NCBI RefSeq assembly: GCF_009834535.1
Contig: NC_045697.1
Location: forward strand, 94,924,001-94,988,000
DNA: 64,000 nt
Origin: Camelus ferus
Taxonomy: Eukaryota
Reading direction: 5' to 3'
Shown: positions 13,051 to 28,010 of the stretch, piece by piece
Layout of the letters: each line of letters begins with the position of its first letter
How positions within the stretch are numbered: the stretch's first letter is position 1
The notes under the pieces: model-generated
The model's input: only the letters and a program-made list of their open reading frames with translations
What the model was told of the DNA's origin: nothing
Databases searched by the model: none
Made by a program: the position numbers and the translations under genes

Positions 13051-15473
13051 CTGGATATACTAAGATAAGTGACTAATCCTGCCAGGGAGTCTCCTTCATG
13101 TGTTAAAAGTCGACAAACCTCACTGTCTAATTGAGTCAGGTGGTTGCTATAAAATGGTATCCTGCATTGGATGAGGGTTCTTGGATTCATGAAGCTAGGA
13201 GTGGTCATCACACATTTACCCAATCAATATTTCACTTCATATGTGAATGATTAGATAACTTACCTAAGTTTACCCAGTTTGATGGTAGTGGTGAAATGTT
13301 AGAAACCAGATTATAGAATTAATAATGGCCAGTTTTATATGCTTAATACTTGGTGATTCTTGTGCCAAAACTTTATATACATTTTTGTTTTTAATCTTCA
13401 CAATCTTGCATAATAAGTATTATCATCACTAATTTTTAGCTTAACTGAACCTTACAGGAGTTAAATAACTGACTCATTGTGCTAAAGTTAGTAAGAGTCA
13501 GAAACACTATTCTAACTTGGGTGCCTCTGACTCCTAGGATTTTACATTTAATTACCAGTTCATGCCTTTCTTCCTTAGAAATCTTTATTTCCTTTTGCTA
13601 AAGTTAAAAGGAAATGCACATTTTGTGAAATAAATGAGTATGGTCCATAGATGATAACATTAGGGAAAACTGACTTGGAATCCCCTTTGTAAGGAGGAAA
13701 ATAATGTTTATTAATACACAAGGGGAAACTGCTACAGCCCTTTGTGCAGTGGCTACTTGTGCATTTGTTGGGTAAATAATCCTGAGACAATATTGAACAG
13801 TAACAGATAAAACAGGTGGAAACAGAAATATTCTGCCCAACTTCAAGGTATTTTTCAAGAGTATCCTTTCTTATTTCATTTTAAAGAGCAAATTGTTATG
13901 ATTATCCTATGGGATTTTGGTGGTTTTCATTTTATAAAAAGGATTTTCATATATATTTTAATGTATCTTCAAATCAGACACTTGGACATTTTTATTCTTC
14001 ATTTACAAATGAGAAAGTGGGAGAGAAAAGTAATTAATTCCCAGAGAGTAATGAGCAGAGGTAGAGCCAAATATCATGGACCTAAGTACTAGCCTGTGAG
14101 TGTGTTCCTGGCAGAAAGCTACTGGTAACACCACATTCCTTTTGTCAGTGGCCAAGAATAAAGAGAACAGCCTACGTTTGAGCGAACGAGAAGCAAAGAG
14201 AATTTTTTTTCCCTTGCTCATATTAATGAATAAAATTCACTAACTTCTTTAAAGATGTGAAGTGTGAAATACAACTGGCTGTTATTTAGGGCAAATTTAT
14301 TATTTTGTTTATATTTTTAAGTTTTGCTTTGGTTTATGGTTAGAGTTGGTTTTTGTTTTTAATTTGATACTTAGTGAGTAATTCTACTGTTTTTAATTTA
14401 CATTTCTTCTTCTGAAAAACACGAGGAGATTAAATCAAAGTTGACAGGCCTAGTTTTCCTCCATTAATTGAATATTATGATTTATTCAAATATGCAGGCA
14501 GTAAACATTTTTTATGGGTAGCTACTTTCCATGCCATTCATGAAACATTCCTAAGAAAGTATGAACATTTTCAAATGCAAAACAAATACGTCTTTGATTG
14601 GCCGAGTGAATTCTATAGAGAAAATTTCATAGAACAGGTCATGCCATTTAGTGTTGTTAGGATGATCTGATGAACACCATTGTTCCCTCTATTCAAGGAT
14701 AGGCTGTCTTTCCCCAGAACAAAGATGCTATGACTGCAGCTACAATTTTATTTTTCAGATTACAGATTGTGCCATCCTATTACACTATCTAATGTGTTAT
14801 ATTCAAATAGGCTTCCTTGCGTATTACTTTCTATCAAGACTAAGAAAAAAGTATTTTCCTGAATGAATCCAAATTATGCTGAAATCACACAAGTGTGGAA
14901 TTAGTTATCAATTTATTCTATAAAGCAACTGGGAATCGTAGCCTACTTTAACTCTGTACTGAAACAAGAATCTTAAGTCTAGGAGCTGATGTTTTAGAGG
15001 TTTTATAAATGAGAGTGCTTATTACATTTTTAACCTTATTCCTCACATAGGTGCTAAAGTATATGCTATGAAATTTAGCATAAGGAAATTACAAAATGAT
15101 TTTTCTTTTTAAAACTTCTAATTTTTTCGTACTTTTCTATTTTGGTTTAAAAATTTAGAATACATGGATTTAGTAATATCAATCTATAGTCACACTCACT
15201 ATGTCAGACTTATAAAATGTTGGATAAATGTTTAATAAGTAAAAAGAAATAAAGTCCAAAAGAGAACTGGATTTAGAGACAAAAAATTCATTCTAGTAGA
15301 ATGATCTTAGAAATATTGGAACATTATTCCTCAAAAGAATACTGTGTGTATATGTTAAGCCCAAACTCCTAATTTATCTTTCCCCCTACCTGAGGTATAT
15401 CATGTACACACTACTATATATGGATAAACAAGGACCTACTGCACTGTACTATACTTCAATAAAAACAAAAGTA

Positions 15474-15602
15474 TACAAAAAGATATGTGCAGGTTATTTG
15501 TAAATAGTGCACCATTCTATATAAGGAATTTGAGCATCCTTGGATTTGGTATCTATGGGGGCTTCTGGTATCAATCCCCCAGGGATACAAGAGGGATGAC
15601 TG
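15474..15602 (+). mobile_element. MER2/Tigger 3' end
   Basis: ggatttggtatctatgggg...aatcccccagggatacaagagggatgactg. Confidence 0.8.
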
Positions 15603-15955
15603 TACTTGGTCATGGTAAATCAAGGGGAAGTGGTATTTACTCTGTGTTAAGTGCAAAATAACTATCACTTAATCCTTGCCCCCCCCCTCAAAAAAAGAGA
15701 GAGAGAAGGAAATAATAATGGGTTAAAGAACACAATATCAGTATACATTCAAAGAATTCAAGATAACTGTGAGACAGCCAAGAGTAGATGTTGAGTAACC
15801 AGTTACACACAGGGGCTGGAAGTCACTAACAGTATTCTACCTGGAAAAAAAATTTTAAAGTCCTCATAGTTATTATTGTCCATGGAGGACCACAGTCAGA
15901 AAGCTATTAAGTATTGCTTAGAATCATACTCTCCTTTGCAAGAAGCTCTGTCCCA

Positions 15956-16099
15956 GGGGGCGGGTATAGCTCAATGGTAGAGTGAATGCTTAGCATGCAG
16001 GAGGTTTTGGGTTCAATCCCTGGTACCTCCATTAAAAGCAAATAAATAAATCAATCTAATTACCTTCCCTCAAAAAAAAACTGATTAAAAAAAAAAAAA
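15956..16099 (+). mobile_element. tRNA-Ala-derived camelid SINE (Vic-1-like)
   Basis: A-box tagctcaatgg, cttagca anticodon-like arm, B-box ggttcaatccc, A-rich tail, TSD aagaagctctgtccca / aaaaagccctgaacca. Confidence 0.85.
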
Positions 16100-19000
16100 G
16101 CCCTGAACCATTGAAAATTCCTGATTTTATAACTTCCAATATGCCTCAGATATCCCAACTTATCTCTATCTCCCTTTTAAATCTTTAACATTTCTCTACA
16201 GTCTCCAGAAATAGCCTCCCATGCATCTGACTTCTACTGTTGCCTCCATTTCCATTAGAATAGCTTCATAGTCTCTAAAAGATATGTTTCCCCCCAAAAA
16301 TAAGACCTTATAAATCACAATTTTGATCCAATTACCCTAAACACTATACTTAAGAGGCATGTTCACTGTTCACAGAGTAGTGCCTGGGCTTTGCATGTTC
16401 TGTTCCTCACCTATATTTCACACCTCACCTTGTTGAACCCTCCTTCTGTGCCCCATCAATATTGCTTTCAGTGCTTTCCTTGTACCAGTGTCCTTCCCCT
16501 GCAGGAATTTCTGTCTATCTTCCCTAGATTCGTCATTCCACTACCTTTCATAAAATATGACCCAGTACAGTTTCATCAAGTCAATCATTTAGAGTTACTG
16601 CATGCATTCTCTAAAGTGCACTGTACAAAGGGAGAAAAAAGGGAAGAGTAAGTGAGGTAAGTAGCCATTTAACTATGAATGAAGAAGTCTCAGTGTAGCT
16701 GCAAAATAAAATAACAAAACACTTTGAAAAGATACTTTTAGCAATCTGACAAGAAATTATTGTACTCAGTTATATTTTGGGAGCACTTATTTTCTTCACT
16801 GCGGAAACAACCATGAAATAGTCTCTGGTTCTTTTTTGGTTTTTGGCCCAATTTCCCAGTTTTATTTACCTTTTAGTCTTTAGAATGTAAATTTTGGGGT
16901 TTTGTGTCATGCGTATTGTATAATTTTTCTTATTATACTTTGCTTGAAAAAGCTATTTCACTTAATTTAAGGCAGTCTTTTCTAATAGAAATAAAGTGAA
17001 TGTTACTTTTATAATTATCTCCTTTGGTCTTTAGGTAGACAAGTAAAATGATTTCTAGATTACTTTAATGAGTAAAACTAGATGTAATTGAAGAGATTAG
17101 ATTTTTTTTTTAAAAATCTGAGCTAGTTGAGTATGCTTCATGAATTTTAGCTGTGTAAATGGACAAAAGGATTCTTGAATCATTTATGTTTTTCCAATTT
17201 TTAAGCTTTATAGTTTTTTTAACCTCTTTTGTTATATACTAAAAGCCTATTTTTATAAGCATTATGAATAAGTTTAATTTCCAAGCTAATAGTCTCAGGT
17301 ATTTGAGTCTGAATTTTTAAAAAATAATTCCAGTATACTAAGCAGACTAATAATTTGCAAATGCTTTGTAGGAGTCTTGGAAGCATTTGTTCAGAAAATT
17401 TAGAATACATATTTATTATGATAATGCTAAATTTAGAATATATATTGATTATGATAATTGGATAGGTGTTATCTATCAAAGAAAAAGCAATATTGGTTAT
17501 TTACTGCTTTTCCTACATTTTTCTCTATTTTACTATTTATGTCCAAAATCCATAAAGTAGAAATTAGACAGTGAAAATAGAAACCACTTATAAGAACTCT
17601 AATTAACATACCATTTTCTTTACGGTGTTTCTGAGTCCCTAAGATCCTAATTGTATCTATTATAATTAATAGATTGTAGTACTTTATAATTCATTGAAAA
17701 GTTCTTCAAAACCATTCCCCAGTTTGCTGAATCATTAGGTGCAGAACTTACAATGATCTAGGAGGGGCCAGGTATACTTTTGCTTCATGTTGCATCCACA
17801 GTACATTGCCTACTTGCTGAAAATATTAGAAATAAACTAAACTATTTATTTTGCTTAACTAATTGCTTATCTGTAATGCAGCTATGCAGGCCACCAACAA
17901 CAGGATAAAAATAAAGTATCAACATTATTTTTATCTATACATGTCTATAGATTTATTTTGAGCAAAATTTAAAAAAGAGCTCTTCATCTTATTGAAAGAA
18001 GGGGATGATTATAAAAAGTTGATTTTTACTTTCTAAATAATTAAGCGCTAAAAACATTTTTGAAAATAGCCACTAATTGTCTTTAACCATTATCTTAACC
18101 TGTGACTATAAAAACAATGGCTTCTCAGTCCCAGAGTCAAGTAATTTTTAGTGCGCTCTTTATAAACTTTGCCAATGATTTAAAAACTCATAGTTGTATT
18201 TATCAGAAATTAGTAAGTTATATTCTAATAGAATACTTTGTGATCTCATCTGATAATGAACTGAGTGCCTTTTATCCAACTGCCATGTATTCAGCAGCAA
18301 AACAGGATGAGCACAGTCTGTGAGGCCATTAATAAACATTTCAGGATACTTCCAAATGCCTGAGATAGCCCTGGGCCTTTTATAAATTACAACATAAAAC
18401 ATACTCTGAGGCATCTTTAGGATATTATAACATGACCATTTAACTTAGTCATTTAAAAAGAGAAGGCAATAAAATTTAAACTTATTTCTGTGATTAATAA
18501 GAATAAATAAATATACACTTATTAAAATAAGGAAGAATGGACTTCCGGCTGCTTTTCTTAATCGTGTCCATGAAATATACTCATTTCTCATTTACAATTA
18601 GGGCAAGGCATATAGATAATGTTCCATTTATACAATTAGACATATTTTTAAAATAAGCTTTGGGTTTCTTTTCAATTTAAAACCTAATTTCATTGGCATA
18701 ATTTTTTTTTTCAGTTACCCTTTTTTCAACTTTTGTTTTTAATTGAAAAACCCAGTTCAGACTTGTAGTGACAAGCATCCCATTAAAATGAGCAAGCCAT
18801 GTAAATCAATTTTTACATGCAAATTACACAATGTAAATCTTTTGCTTAAAATCCTTCAATAGCTTTCCATTGTCTGATGGATAAAAATCCTGATTACATA
18901 GGCTAGCCCTTAAGTATCCTTGAACATTCCCTACTTTTCATTCTTCCTCCTTATCCTTCAGCTACATTGCCCTCATTTAGTACCATTTCAGAGCATTCCA

Positions 19001-19449
19001 CATGCATGTTTCCCCTTCCTGCCACACTTCATCTAGATTTCTAAAGTTAATCTGTCCTATAACTTCGAATACCATCCCCCTCCTCCCATCTATCAATTGT
19101 GAATATGTATAAAAGGGATATAATGATGCAACATTTCTGAAAATCTTATGCCCACAAGATCCCCTTTTCACTGGCAAGTCTCACATACAATATTTATCCT
19201 TGTAGTGTGGTATGAAAGTGCAAACATGTAAGTTATTCCTGAAATACTGAACACCATTTACAAATAGATTGTATCATTAATCATCTGTGAAATCTAACCT
19301 AAAATTTGCAAAGGTATTTATAGGTACACTCAGAAGGAATTTTTTTTGGTTTATTTTTAATGAGATATTTCAAGAGTTCATTTTAAATCTTATTTATCAA
19401 TTGCATAACAAGTCATGATGTTTCATAAATATTTAACAACTTAAAAAGT

Positions 19450-20660
19450 ATAAATAGTAATAAAAATAGCAGGAGAAAGCCTGAGAGGTTAAGCATATTT
19501 CCAAGAATGTTGAGCAAAGTGGAAAGTAAATGACACAACAGAAAAAATGTAAAAGAAATAGAAAACAAAGCTATACTATCTAACATATGGCTAAAATAAG
19601 TTCCAGAGAGAAGTGATAAAGTGTAGATTAGAAAAATCATCAAGCAAACAATAAAAGAATATTTTCCTCATTACAGAATGACTTGAATCTTAAGAACAAA
19701 AGACAGGCTGGTATCTAGCAGGATGAATTAAACACCACCAATATTTTCTACATATTGTTAAAATTTCTAAATATCTGTGACTATGAAAATCCTCACATCT
19801 CTCACAGATGGGAAAAATATATATAAACAAAAGAAACAAGAATTGGAGTGGCATCAGGCCTGATAACAGACAAACCTAACAGAAAAAAAATGAACTAAGG
19901 ATCTAAAAGAAAATTATTTTGAACTTAAAAGTCAATACTCGGTCAGAGTAACAATCAAATATGTGAGAACAAATCAAGGTATCTTCAGACATGTAAGACT
20001 CAAGTAATTAACTTATAAAGGATGCTTTTCACAAGGAGAGAAAACTAAAAAGCAGAATATGTGGGTTACAAAAAATAGAGCACCTGAACTAGGAATACAA
20101 TGAAACAAAATCCCAGGATGACAGCTTTGAAACAATCCTTCAAGTAATCTTTCTAAATTAGAACTGGAATGTAATGAACAGAGAATTCTATTTTTTTTTA
20201 ATGTACAGTAAAGTAAACTGCATTTACTAGGTACATTAAAGTCACATTCGGCAAGATCTCCATAATATGTTGAAGAAAGCATATGTTTCTTTACTCAACA
20301 AAGAAAAAAGTCAACTTGAATTCCACTGGAGGAAGAAAAAGTCATACTAGGAAGTTATGATTCAAATATAAAGCAAATAATGGCACGGTTTCTGACCTTT
20401 TGAGAATTACAATACATGGATATGTCATTTATACTTAGATAATTCTGTACTTTTAGAATTGATATCTAGAAAAGGAAACTATGGTAACTGAACCAGTTTA
20501 TAAATATTGTTAATCCTTGACAATTTAAAAGACATAAGGCATTACTATACTTTTTAGTCTTTGTTATTGTTCTAAATTCACATGATCATTGAGGGCAACT
20601 GCTGATATAAACCAAGTAACATTTTATATGTTTAGGGTGATGCTTGTAACAACCAAACTA
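19450..20660 (+). mobile_element. Old L1M/HAL1 ORF1-region fragment
   Basis: A-rich degenerate ORF1-like phrases (aagttccagagaga, agaattggagtggcatcag, ggtatcttcagacatg). Confidence 0.65.
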
Positions 20661-23009
20661 ATGAATTTAAGTTTTCTTCCCAGCCACCCTCTCGCCATCT
20701 TTCTCAACCTCTCTGTGAACTCCTTTGGCTTCTGTGACCTTCTTCAGTGTTCATCCTTTGTACTAACAATGAAGCTATTGTACACTAAAAAATTACAGTA
20801 TGTTGGAAAATAGAGACTTTTCATAACACTTACTAAACACAGAAAGATAACAGATTTTTCAGTGCAGTGTTGGAAATCATATGATAGGTTAAGCATGTTT
20901 GTAGGAAATTTTTAGAAATGGTCATTATCTCTGACCACCTCTATAGAAGTGGTCCTAACTTCTACTTATGTAAGTAGTCCATAACCCCTATAATCTCCAT
21001 TAAATCTGAATGGAGATTTAAATATCAACCCACTCACTTACTACATATTTCATCCTTCTCAGTTTGCATACTCTCTGTGAGCCTCAAGTTCCTTTTTTGG
21101 AAAATGAGCTAAGATAGCAATGATACAAAGTTCTTATGAAGATGTTATCAAAAAATGTCACCTGCCCTAGCGTCTGGCACAGTCGGTAATTCACAAAATA
21201 TCATTTTCTTTTTTACCTCCACTACAAGCATTACAAAAGTATAAATAACAGGCATAAAGTGAAGAAAAGCATTTTTTAGTGCAACAAATTAAAATAATAT
21301 TTTTGAGTCTGTTACATTTTGCAAAAACACTTTTAATATACTTTTCTATTTATTTGTCATAATAAAATTGTGGGGAAGGCATTTTTTATCCACAGATCTA
21401 AGTATATCCTGAGTAAAATATTTGGAGTGATATAAAACACTTTGACACGGTTGATTTAGTTTTTATAGGATACCTGAATTTTTCTAGTGACCAAAGACAA
21501 CCGTGACTTAAGTCACATAATTTTTCATTGAAACAGTATTATCTTAACAATTCTATCACTTTTTCAGAATTAGTTTTATCTTCCTCTGGGAGGTTAATGG
21601 GTGCATGTATGCACCCCAGTGGTTCCCCTACTTCAGCTGTTTTTCCTGACAATGTACTTGTATCTGGTGCTTCTCTGGCCAGGTAACAAGCCAGAATGCT
21701 ACTGAGCCTCTTTTTAAAAATTATTCAAAATGGAACAGCATTCTGAAACCTCATTTTTAACATATGTCAGTAGCAGGCTTAATGAAACAAACTAAACATA
21801 ATGAGAAGGTATAATATTTACACTGTGTTAGATTCCATATGTTTACGCACATTTTATTTTTAAGATCTTAAAAAGTCTTCCCATAGTACAAAAATAAATT
21901 GTGTTTTTCTTAAATATGTTTTTTAAACCTTTTCTGCTTCAGCTTCTCCTGTGTCTGATACATCAGCCTCCTGCACAGTTGAGTTCAGGGGGCAATGGAT
22001 ATGTCAGGAATGTCACTATAATGTTTTGGCACTAGTGGTGAAGAGAGAAATAACACCATGAATTAAGATGAGAGGATATACAAATATATAGCTTTCTTTT
22101 CAGTAATATCCTTTGGTTTTATTTCATAAGAAAATACCTGTTTTATGTGAAATGAAGTAATTTATGTACTTATTAAAACAGAGCTTATGTCATTACTAAT
22201 CAAAATACTAAGAAGCTAATAACTCATTAGAGGTCAAATATATAATGTTGACACTTTAACAAAAGAAATGAGAATAGTTAAATCATATTAGTACAGAGAT
22301 ACAGAGAGTGAAAATAAATGAATTCAGAATTTCCCAATTTTCACAGCACAAACACAAATACACTCAAAACACTGATTTACAGATCCTTTTCTGCTGGAAA
22401 AAATATTTTTTATAAATAATAAAGAAATGGTTATTGTTAAAACATTGCCTGAAATAGCACTCCAAAATGCTTACTAATTCCTGATAAACAACAGGAAAAA
22501 AAATTTCAAAATATATCATTACAAACTATCCTGACAGTGCACCTAATATCAGAATCTGGAAAGTATTTTCACTAAATGTAAGAATGATATGCCAAAAATG
22601 ATAGTTAAAGGATTTATGCATACTGTAAGACAGAATATGACCTTAAGTCTAAAAAAAGATAAGAGGTTTTGTCACTTCAAATGGTGAAATGTAGTGAAAT
22701 TAGGCCAAAAGACCATAAAGATTACAATAAATGGTAGACTGGTAAAAATCAAAACTGTGTTGAGACAATAATACTTAGAATTGATACAGTGCTGAAAAGC
22801 ATAAATTTAAAAAATCTCTCTCAGAGTGCAGAGAAATATTACAGGGACTACTCCTAAGATTTTTCCTGGTAAATTAATGTCACCAAAATTTTTATAAATT
22901 TCTCTTACTATTTGAAGGCCACTAAATCACATGTTCAGACATTTAAGACCAAGAGGAATATGTAATATTTCTCACCATTAAACATGTTAAAATCCTAGAG
23001 ACTGAGAGA

Positions 23010-23580
23010 CAAACAAGATTCTGAAGTAAGCAGTCTCCAAGAAGGTCCCACTGCCTCCTGATCCTCATGTTCTTGTGTAATCCCTTCCCATCAACTGTAC
23101 ACAGAACTTGCTGACACACTTCTAGTGCAAAAAAATATGGCAAATATAACATTACATCATCTCCAAGATTAGGATAAAAAAGACTGTGGCTTCCATATTG
23201 TGAAGTCTCTAAGTCTCTCTTGGATCGTTCAAGCTAAGGGAAACAAGCTGTCATTTTGTGAGTAGATGTCTGACTGTGGAGAGGCCTAGGTGGCAAAGTG
23301 AAGAACTGAGGTTCTCTGTCCAAAAGCCGGCAAGGAACAGACACATGCCAAGAATCATGTGTGGGACTTTGGAAGCAATTCCTTTGGCTCTTGTCAATCT
23401 TCTAATGGCTACAGCTCCAGCCAACAACTTGACTGCAACATCCTGAGAGATCTCGAGCAAGATGTACTTAGCTAAGCTGCACCCAGATTCCTTGTCCATA
23501 CACAGTGAGATAGTAAGCGTTTGCTTTTTTAAGCTATTAAGTTTTGGAATAATTGGGTACTCAGTGATAGATAGAATACT
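23010..23580 (+). mobile_element. MLT1E/F-like MaLR LTR
   Basis: cttgtgtaatcccttcc...acagctccagccaacaacttgactgcaac...ttttaagctattaagttttgg. Confidence 0.85.
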
Positions 23581-26149
23581 GGGTCAAATAGGACTCTAAA
23601 ATTGTGATTATTTTCAAAAAAATTTTGGTAGAAACATTGAAACCACTTAATAATACTATTTTGTAGATAAAATTTAATTAAAGATTTAAATACTTCTCTT
23701 CATGCACAAACTCTAATTTTGTCCTATACCATACGCATATGTATGTGGAGATACAAATTTTAATCACTTAAGAAGGTCTTTTTAAAATTTATATGATTAT
23801 ATATTAATTTGATTATTTCTACTTTAATGAACGGTTTTCATCTTTATGCATTTACTATGTTCTTGAAGAACTTCATATTTTTACAATGTTATTTATGGCT
23901 GCTATATAAACACATGGCTATATTTATATAACACATACATACATATTTGTATTGGGACAATACTTCTTGAATTAATTAAATAATCTAAACTTCAAATTTG
24001 AGGTTAGTAATAATGATCATTTGGAAAAGTATACTCCATATCTTTTAAAATTAAGGAATGCAGGAATCACTTAGTATTTCACATGGAAAGATTTTTAAAT
24101 ACATTATCTTAGGCTACTGCTGTTCTATTAGTATGTATGAGTAACTCAAAATAATAACATTTATTCAATATTCTAAAATATATAATATAAAACCTCAATT
24201 GATTTAATAATTTGTGTACCTGTTTTTTCTCATAAATATAATAAACCCAAGAAATATGAGCATATCACAAAAATATGTATTATAATAATTCAACACTACA
24301 TTGAGTTTTGTGTAATAGCTCTGTTTTAGATTATTAGCACTGTGAATTGAGAGCTATCATACAGTCATGTAGTTATATTACAAGCCCATCATGCATCAAA
24401 TTGTTTGCTATTTTACAGTAGATAATTTCTTGCTTAATATGTATATTTTATTAATATAGTTTCGGTTTAATGATCTGCTTAGAATTAAGAAAATTATAAA
24501 GTTTTATTCTTATATGCCTTTTTTGCTAACTATTAAATAATTGCATACTATTTAAACATCTTTAAGATATTTGAATATTTAATGATAAAATGTTTTTATG
24601 ATCAAACTTATGCATTATATTTAACCATGAATTAAAGAGAAAGAAAAAATATATAATGGAAGATTAGATTGATTTTTTCTCAGAAAATTATTTAAAATCA
24701 TTCATAATTGCTTCCAACTACCCTTTTTAATATATTTATGAATAACATATTTGATAATGGATATGAAAAATGTACCATAAAACAAAGTTCACATATTGAA
24801 TTGTAACCTGTGACAATTTAACTAAAGCATTTGAATCGACCTGCAGAGCTCTTTAACATATTTTGTAAATAAAGCCAAGTCCATTATAGTAGAGTTATAT
24901 AAAAAACATTCTTAACTCTTCATATTTTAACCACAAAGTAAAACATTAACATAGATATAATTTTAATATATTTTCTAATGAGGTGCTTTAAAAATAAATT
25001 ACATATTGGATACTCAGCAAGTTTCTAATAAAAGAAATAATATGTAGTCAGTTAACATACTCTAAACTTTTGATGCAATAAAAATCTGTAATTAGCAGCA
25101 TGCAACATTACCAAATTTTTAAAAATGGTTGTAAACTTAAAATAATCCAGAGACACATGGTTGACCCCAATAAGCCAATCAAATACCAAGGCAAATGATA
25201 ACTCCTTTAAGAAATATACGCTTTAAAATCTTAAATACTAACATTTCTTATTATATATAATTTTTAATCTAAAGAAAAAAATTACTTGGTGTACGTGAAA
25301 ATACTTCACTTTATCAATTGCCTATCAAATTTGAATCTCAAATAACAATGTAGAGTAAAATTTAATTACAGTAATCAATGAATTAAAATATTTATTCTTT
25401 TTTTCCTTAAAAAAAGACTATCTTGCTTTAGAACACTTGGACCAAGTATGCATGTTATCAATAAAAATAATTAAGAATATGAAATCCTGAAATGGTTCTG
25501 TTCTGCAGCCACGAAGTTGGAGGGAAGTAAAGTATTAACAATTTGATGAATCGTCTTATTAATTAACTAAGGCATGATTATAATTCTTCTGGTCAGAATC
25601 ATGGGAATGAAGTTGAAATTCAAAATCAAAAGTTTACCAGGAAATTTGAGTTTAGAACATTGTTTTGCTTATGAAATCTAAATATGTATTACATTTCATG
25701 ATGCAACTGAACAGTTAGCAAAAGTATAGAACATTGACTCTATCCATTTAAATAGTGAAATTTAGAGAAACATCAGTAAAAAGAAAACAAAGTTTAAAAG
25801 AGTATGGTACACTTATCTTTTCCATTCTCATTAGTTTAATAAAGTTTTCAAGGTTGTAAGAATAGCAGCATGTGACATTTCTAATAGGTTTTGGAAACAG
25901 GCAAACAAGAATGTTGCTTTTATCTAGTATTCAAATGAGCCCAAAGTGAACTGATGATAATTATTTTATAATCAGTGGATATTAAGGGCTATTGAGACAT
26001 TACCTGGGGCACTAAATTATGTTTTTTAAGTTTCTTTTTAGAGATTTATCTGTGTAACAATTGTCTCCTTATCATGTCCTCTCAGCCCTTTAATTTACAA
26101 ACAATAGCACATCTCCTGCCATAACAATGTGATAGTTTTGGTTTTCAAC

Positions 26150-28010
26150 ATACAATAAATTAAGTCTCATAAAGATTAAATGCATTTAAAAAATCAAAAG
26201 CATAAAAAACAAATTTGAAAAGATTTGAAAGTCTTCTTTCACCTTTCTTTTTTTTTCTACACTCACATCCCCAGAAATAAAGACTTAACATTTTTATTGT
26301 GCACCTTTTCAGTCATTACCACTATGTTTACCTACATTTATATGTGCACATACAAAACTCTCCTTTATACAAAATAGGTTATATTATATATTTATCTGTG
26401 ACTACTTTTTCAAACTAAAAATTTCATGATGACCTTTCTGTAAAATATCTCATTTAGTCTTAAAGACTTCATGGTGTTCCATGGTCATTTTAATGAATAT
26501 GCTTATTTAAGGATAATATACATGCAGAAAATGAAACAAATCTTTAAGAAACAGATCAATGAAGTTATCTTAAGTGACCATATTTATGGAATCACCACAT
26601 TTGAATCATGATAAAGAATACTTCCCACTTTCCTGAAACTCCCCTCCTGTCCCATTACAGTTACTGCACCACTTCCCACCCAAGGCAAACACACTCCTGA
26701 CTCCTAAGATACATAATGCTGTTATTCAAATTGATATAATTATATAGATGTGTTCTTTCATGTTAGGTTCTTTTGACTAACATTGTATTTGTGAGATTTA
26801 TTCTTGTTATTGAACTTCTCAGAATTTTTCTTAATTGCTGAAGCATATTCCATTAAATAAATATTTATTTAGCCATTTTGCCATTGAAGAGCATTTCTGC
26901 ATTTCCTAGTTTCTATCTATTATGAATAATGCTGCTATGAACATTCTTGTACATGAATGTTGGTACCCATTTGGAAGCATTCTGTTGTGTATTTACCTAT
27001 ACACCAGTAAAATTGCTAAGGTATAAGGTCAGCCTAAGTAGATGTTGCCAAAGAGACTTCCAAAGTCGTTTTATTAATCTCTACAGGTACTTTTTTCTTT
27101 TTCCAGTTTTAGAAGCATCATTTGATTCTTAAATTCTGTCATGAAATGTTACATGTTGACTCGAGTTTCTTTATATATTAACTGGAATTATTTTAAAAGA
27201 AGTCTGATGACTCTAATATCTAGATTACCTGCAAGTCTATATTTTTTCTTAATATTTTGTAAATTTGGTCCCATCTCTTAGCGCTCCTGAAAAGTTTTAT
27301 TGTATGCTGGATATTGTGTACAAAAAACTTTACAGTTAACTTGAGGCTCAGAGGAATTGTTGTCTTTCAGAGGATATTTACTTTTTCACTTGGTAAGCAA
27401 TTAGAGTAGGGACATAGCTCCTATTTCAGTCTAAAATAAAGTTGTTTTTGAAACTTGTTCTATTTCTAATTTGTGATTGCTTCTACTGTGTTTCTCTAGG
27501 ACTCTACTTGGGATTTTTAATAAAACTTTTCCTCCTTGGCTTGACCTTTGATTTTTATCTAAGCATGCCCATGGACCATCTTAGTGGTTATTTTCTGATT
27601 GATTCTCACCTTCTTGGATGCATATGAATTGGAGAACATTCTGAGGTTAAAGGTAGTGCAGAAGGTTGGAATCACGTCAGTGCACTTTCTGTCAGGAATC
27701 ATGGCCTTTAAAGTGCTATCTGCCTTAGTAATCAACACTGAGTTTGCCTTAGTGCTATGAGGCTGCTAATGCTCAGCTAAGTTTCTCAGTCCCTTATACG
27801 CTACTTTCTGCTCAGCTTTGTAGCCACTCAGTCCCATGCTACACATGGCAAATACTTTGAGGGAAACTGCCACAGGATGTTGGGCTCACCTCACTCTGTT
27901 TCCTTCCTCTTGGGGATCCTGGTTCCCCAAGTCTTGACTTGCTTGCTTTCTTCATGCTTAAAACACATGCTCTTTGGTATATTTTTTCTAAATTTTTCTA
28001 TCTGTACTAT
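26150..28010 (-). mobile_element. Old L1M fragments
   Basis: tattatgaataatgctgctatgaacattcttgtacatg and related antisense L1 phrases. Confidence 0.7.

Noticed and set aside
15956..16031. tRNA-Ala gene (also at 51643)
   Set aside because: Degenerate stems, A-rich tail and TSDs identify SINE heads
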